Shown: piece by piece, positions 61,212 through 64,000 of the stretch
Layout of the letters: each line of letters opens with the position of its first letter
How positions within the stretch are numbered: the first letter of the stretch is position 1
Source: Spirochaetia bacterium
GTDB taxonomy: Bacteria > Spirochaetota > Spirochaetia > SZUA-6 > Bin103
Direction: 5' to 3'
DNA: 64,000 bases
Assembly (NCBI GenBank): GCA_965208575.1
Contig: CBDBOV010000005.1
Span: 544,001 to 608,000 of the forward strand
The notes under the pieces: generated by a model
Database searches by the model: none
What the model was told of the DNA's origin: nothing
What the model saw: the letters and a program-made list of their open reading frames with translations, nothing else
Program-made: the position numbers and the translations under genes

Positions 61212-64000
61212 TTACCAGCTCGCGGTCATCGTGAGCCCGAGGCCGTGCTCGGGGTCGTTGTCGGCGGATTCCTTGCGCGTCGCCTCGATCCCGAACTCGA
61301 ACGACATGGGGGCGTGCTGCGCGAGGTCCAGCCGCCAACCGAGCGTGTATTCGCGGGCCGTGTCGGACAGCCCGATTCCGAGCTCCGGCGTCAGCGTGAG
61401 ACGGTCGCCCGCCGCCGCGAAGCCATAGCCGGCGCGCAGGTCCACGCGGCGGCGGTCCAGGCGGAAGTCCGTGGCGGCAAGGCCGGCCAGGGTTGGCTGC
61501 CCGAGCAGCGTGTGGCTGCCACCGGTGGCCGCGGCGCCCACGGACTGGGTAACGGTCAGCGAGGGCCCGCGGTCGGAGGCCGGGTCGGGGTCCCAGGCGA
61601 GCGACCCGGACAGGCCAAGGTCGCGGAAGCCGTCGAACGCGCCGGTCAGCAACCCGCGCGCCGCCACCTGCGCCGACAGCCCGAGCGCCGGGGCCGACCA
61701 GGCGAGCCCGCCGCCCACGTCCATCCCGTAGCCGGTCTCGGCATGGCCGCCGTCGTTCCGCACGCCGATCTCGACCGTGGGAGCAAGCATGCCGCCGCCC
61801 GCCAGCGCGAGGCGGTAGCCGCCGTCGAGCCCGAGCCGGATCCGCGTCGCGTCCGCCTGCGTCTCTGCCAGCCCGGATGCCGCCGCGGCGCTGGTGCGCA
61901 CCCAGTAGGCGTCGCTTTCGATGGCCAGCGAGAAGCCGCTCCCGGCCGCCGGCTCCACCAGCCGCCCGCGTGCGCCGAGCGCTGCCAGGGCCAGCGACAG
62001 GTCGGTCTCCAGCGCCTCCGCTCCCTCGGGCGTGAGCGTGAGCCCGCCCAGGCCCAGCCCGCCCGCCGCCCATGCGGTCACCCGCTCGCTCAGGTGCACG
62101 CCCACGTAGGGGTGCACGGCGGTCAGCGCGCTCGCCACCGTCCCGGTGTCGGCGTCGCTCCGGTAGCTGCCGTCGCCGCGTGCGTGCGCCAGCATCACCC
62201 CGCCGAGCCAGGCGTCGGAGGCCATCTCTGCGCCGAACAGCGCCGAGATCACCTCGCCGTCCACGCTCAGGCTCCCCTCGCTCCCGTCGAACCGCGACCA
62301 CCCGCCGCGGCCCCACAGCGCGGCCGACGGTCCGCCCGCCGCCGAAGCGGAGGACACCGCGAAGGCGCTGCCGGCCAGCAACTCGCCACCGGTCATCGTG
62401 CGCGGCTGCTCCGGCGTGCCCGCCAGCCACCGCGTCAGTGCGTTGTCGGCGTCCAGGCCGCCGCCGCCGGCGAGCTCCCGCCCGGCGATCCGCGCGGAGG
62501 CGCCGCCGGAGCGCGGCGCCTCCAACCGCGCCTGCACCCCGGCCACCACCTGATCCGCCACCGTGCGCCCGAACCGCGCCAGCCACGCCCGCGGCATCGG
62601 GTCCGCGTTCGCGATCGTGCCGGTGGCCTCGCCGTCGCCGATGCGCGCGCCCGTGACGTTGGACAGCGTCAGCGTGAAGGTCTCCTCGCTCTCGTCATGG
62701 CTGTCGTCCAGAACGGGCACGTTCACCGTCTTCGAGGTCTCGCCCGCGGCGAAGATCAGCGTGCCGCTCGTCGCCGTGTAGTCCGCGCCCGCCGTCGCCG
62801 TGCCGTCGGCGGTCGCATAGTGCACCGTCACGCGGTGCTCGGCGCCGGTGAAGGCGCGGCTCAGGCTCACCTCGAACGCGACCGATACGCCCGTGCCCTC
62901 GATCGCGCGCGCGTCGGCCACCGAGATGTCCGGGCGCCAGTCCACCTTGTGGCCGGAGTCGTGCCCAAGGCCGCCGTGGCCGAGGACCGCGTTCGCCCCG
63001 CCCGCCGAGCGGATCGTGCCACCGTCGAGCGCCAGCGAGTTCGCGAGCACCGCGATCCCCCGCGTCGAGTAGTTCGGTTCCACCACCGTGTGCGCGAACG
63101 TCAGGCTGCTCGTGCCGCTGCCGCTCTCGTAGGCCGCCCGCTTCTCGCCCCAGTGCGCCGGGTCCATGTCGATCTTCAGTCCCGGACTGCCGGTGACGGT
63201 CACCGCCTCGCTGAAGGTCGCCCGGATGAGAATCGTGTCGCCGAGCAGGTACGTCGTGTTTGCGCCCGGTTCCGAGACCACCGAAATCGCGGTCACGGAC
63301 GGAGGCCCGCCGTCCCCGCTCAGGCCGCCGGGGCCGTTCGTGCCGTCCGCGCCGCTCGCCGGCTCGGTGCGCCAGTCCACCCGGTGGTTGGCGTCGTGGG
63401 CGAGGCCGTCATGCCCGAGGTCGGCGTCCGCGCCGCCCGAGCGGATCGTGCCGCCGTCGAGCTCCAGCGTGTTGCCGAGCACGGCGATGCCCTGCGTCGA
63501 GAGGTTGGGTTCGACCACCGTGTGCGCGAAGATCAGGCTGCTCGTGCCGCTGCCGCTGTCGTAGACCGCCCACTTCTCGCCCCAATGCGCCGGGTCCATG
63601 TCGATCTTGAGCCGTGGCGAGCCGGTGACCTCCACCGCCTCGTCGAAGGCCACCTGCACGTGGATGATGTCGCCTCTGCCGTAGGTCCGGTCGGCGCCCG
63701 CGCTCGAGGCTACCGACACCCCGGCCACCGACGCGGGATCCGCCGGGGGGTTGCTCACCCGCAGGTTCGAGAAGCTCTCCGCCTCGTCGCCTCGGCGGCT
63801 CCGGATTTCGCTCCAGAAGCTCGTCGTGAAGCTCAGCGTCACCGCGCTGCCGCCGGCCACCGGCGCGGCCAGGGTCAGGACGACCGTCGAGCCGCTCACC
63901 GCTACCGGGTCCTTCGCCGCGAGTGCCGCCGTGCTCCCGTCCACCCTCACGTCAAAGGAACTCGCCTTCGGCACGTAGCGCGGGTGCAACTCCTTGTCGT
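61212..64000 (-). CDS. Large autotransporter-like surface protein (SwmB-like domain, two Ig-like repeats, Calx-beta, C-terminal beta-barrel); 5' end outside the window
   Basis: Calx-beta VHYATADGTATAGADY..GTLIFAAGETSKTV.V..DD..E.EETF; AWLARFGRTVA linker; alternating beta-strand C-terminus ending in W. Confidence 0.85.
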   Translation of the reverse strand, partial: DKELHPRYVPKASSFDVRVDGSTAALAAKDPVAVSGSTVVLTLAAPVAGGSAVTLSFTTSFWSEIRSRRGDEAESFSNLRVSNPPADPASVAGVSVASSAGADRTYGRGDIIHVQVAFDEAVEVTGSPRLKIDMDPAHWGEKWAVYDSGSGTSSLIFAHTVVEPNLSTQGIAVLGNTLELDGGTIRSGGADADLGHDGLAHDANHRVDWRTEPASGADGTNGPGGLSGDGGPPSVTAISVVSEPGANTTYLLGDTILIRATFSEAVTVTGSPGLKIDMDPAHWGEKRAAYESGSGTSSLTFAHTVVEPNYSTRGIAVLANSLALDGGTIRSAGGANAVLGHGGLGHDSGHKVDWRPDISVADARAIEGTGVSVAFEVSLSRAFTGAEHRVTVHYATADGTATAGADYTATSGTLIFAAGETSKTVNVPVLDDSHDESEETFTLTLSNVTGARIGDGEATGTIANADPMPRAWLARFGRTVADQVVAGVQARLEAPRSGGASARIAGRELAGGGGLDADNALTRWLAGTPEQPRTMTGGELLAGSAFAVSSASAAGGPSAALWGRGGWSRFDGSEGSLSVDGEVISALFGAEMASDAWLGGVMLAHARGDGSYRSDADTGTVASALTAVHPYVGVHLSERVTAWAAGGLGLGGLTLTPEGAEALETDLSLALAALGARGRLVEPAAGSGFSLAIESDAYWVRTSAAAASGLAETQADATRIRLGLDGGYRLALAGGGMLAPTVEIGVRNDGGHAETGYGMDVGGGLAWSAPALGLSAQVAARGLLTGAFDGFRDLGLSGSLAWDPDPASDRGPSLTVTQSVGAAATGGSHTLLGQPTLAGLAATDFRLDRRRVDLRAGYGFAAAGDRLTLTPELGIGLSDTAREYTLGWRLDLAQHAPMSFEFGIEATRKESADNDPEHGLGLTMTASW

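Overview
High-GC bacterial window with two distinct parts. (1) ~1-17.3 kb is a decaying defence/mobile island. It holds a 10-bp tandem repeat, two visibly lower-GC genes, and an intact OLD-like ABC-ATPase/TOPRIM nuclease lying between a relic copy and a second, frameshifted copy of a type I restriction gene (hsdR). The second hsdR is interrupted by an oversized 3.7-kb IS21 element (5-bp target duplication). An IS1634 element and several toxin-antitoxin modules follow. (2) ~17.4-64 kb is mostly intact metabolic genes: sugar and Opp-type ABC permeases and binding proteins, GH116, CE4 deacetylase, acnA, cysK, trmL, aspS, an AAA/VWA pair, a mazEF-like TA pair, an ISKra4/ISLre2-type IS and a Calx-beta autotransporter-like protein running off the right edge. 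The most notable feature is an NHEJ locus (35.2-41.6 kb). It has a translationally coupled ku - stand-alone ATP-dependent ligase - BRCT/MerR-HTH/TPR operon, facing a PE-LIG-POL LigD whose ligase domain has lost its catalytic residues and OB domain. No rRNA, tRNA or CRISPR array was seen. All family assignments come from motif recognition by eye; no database searches were run.
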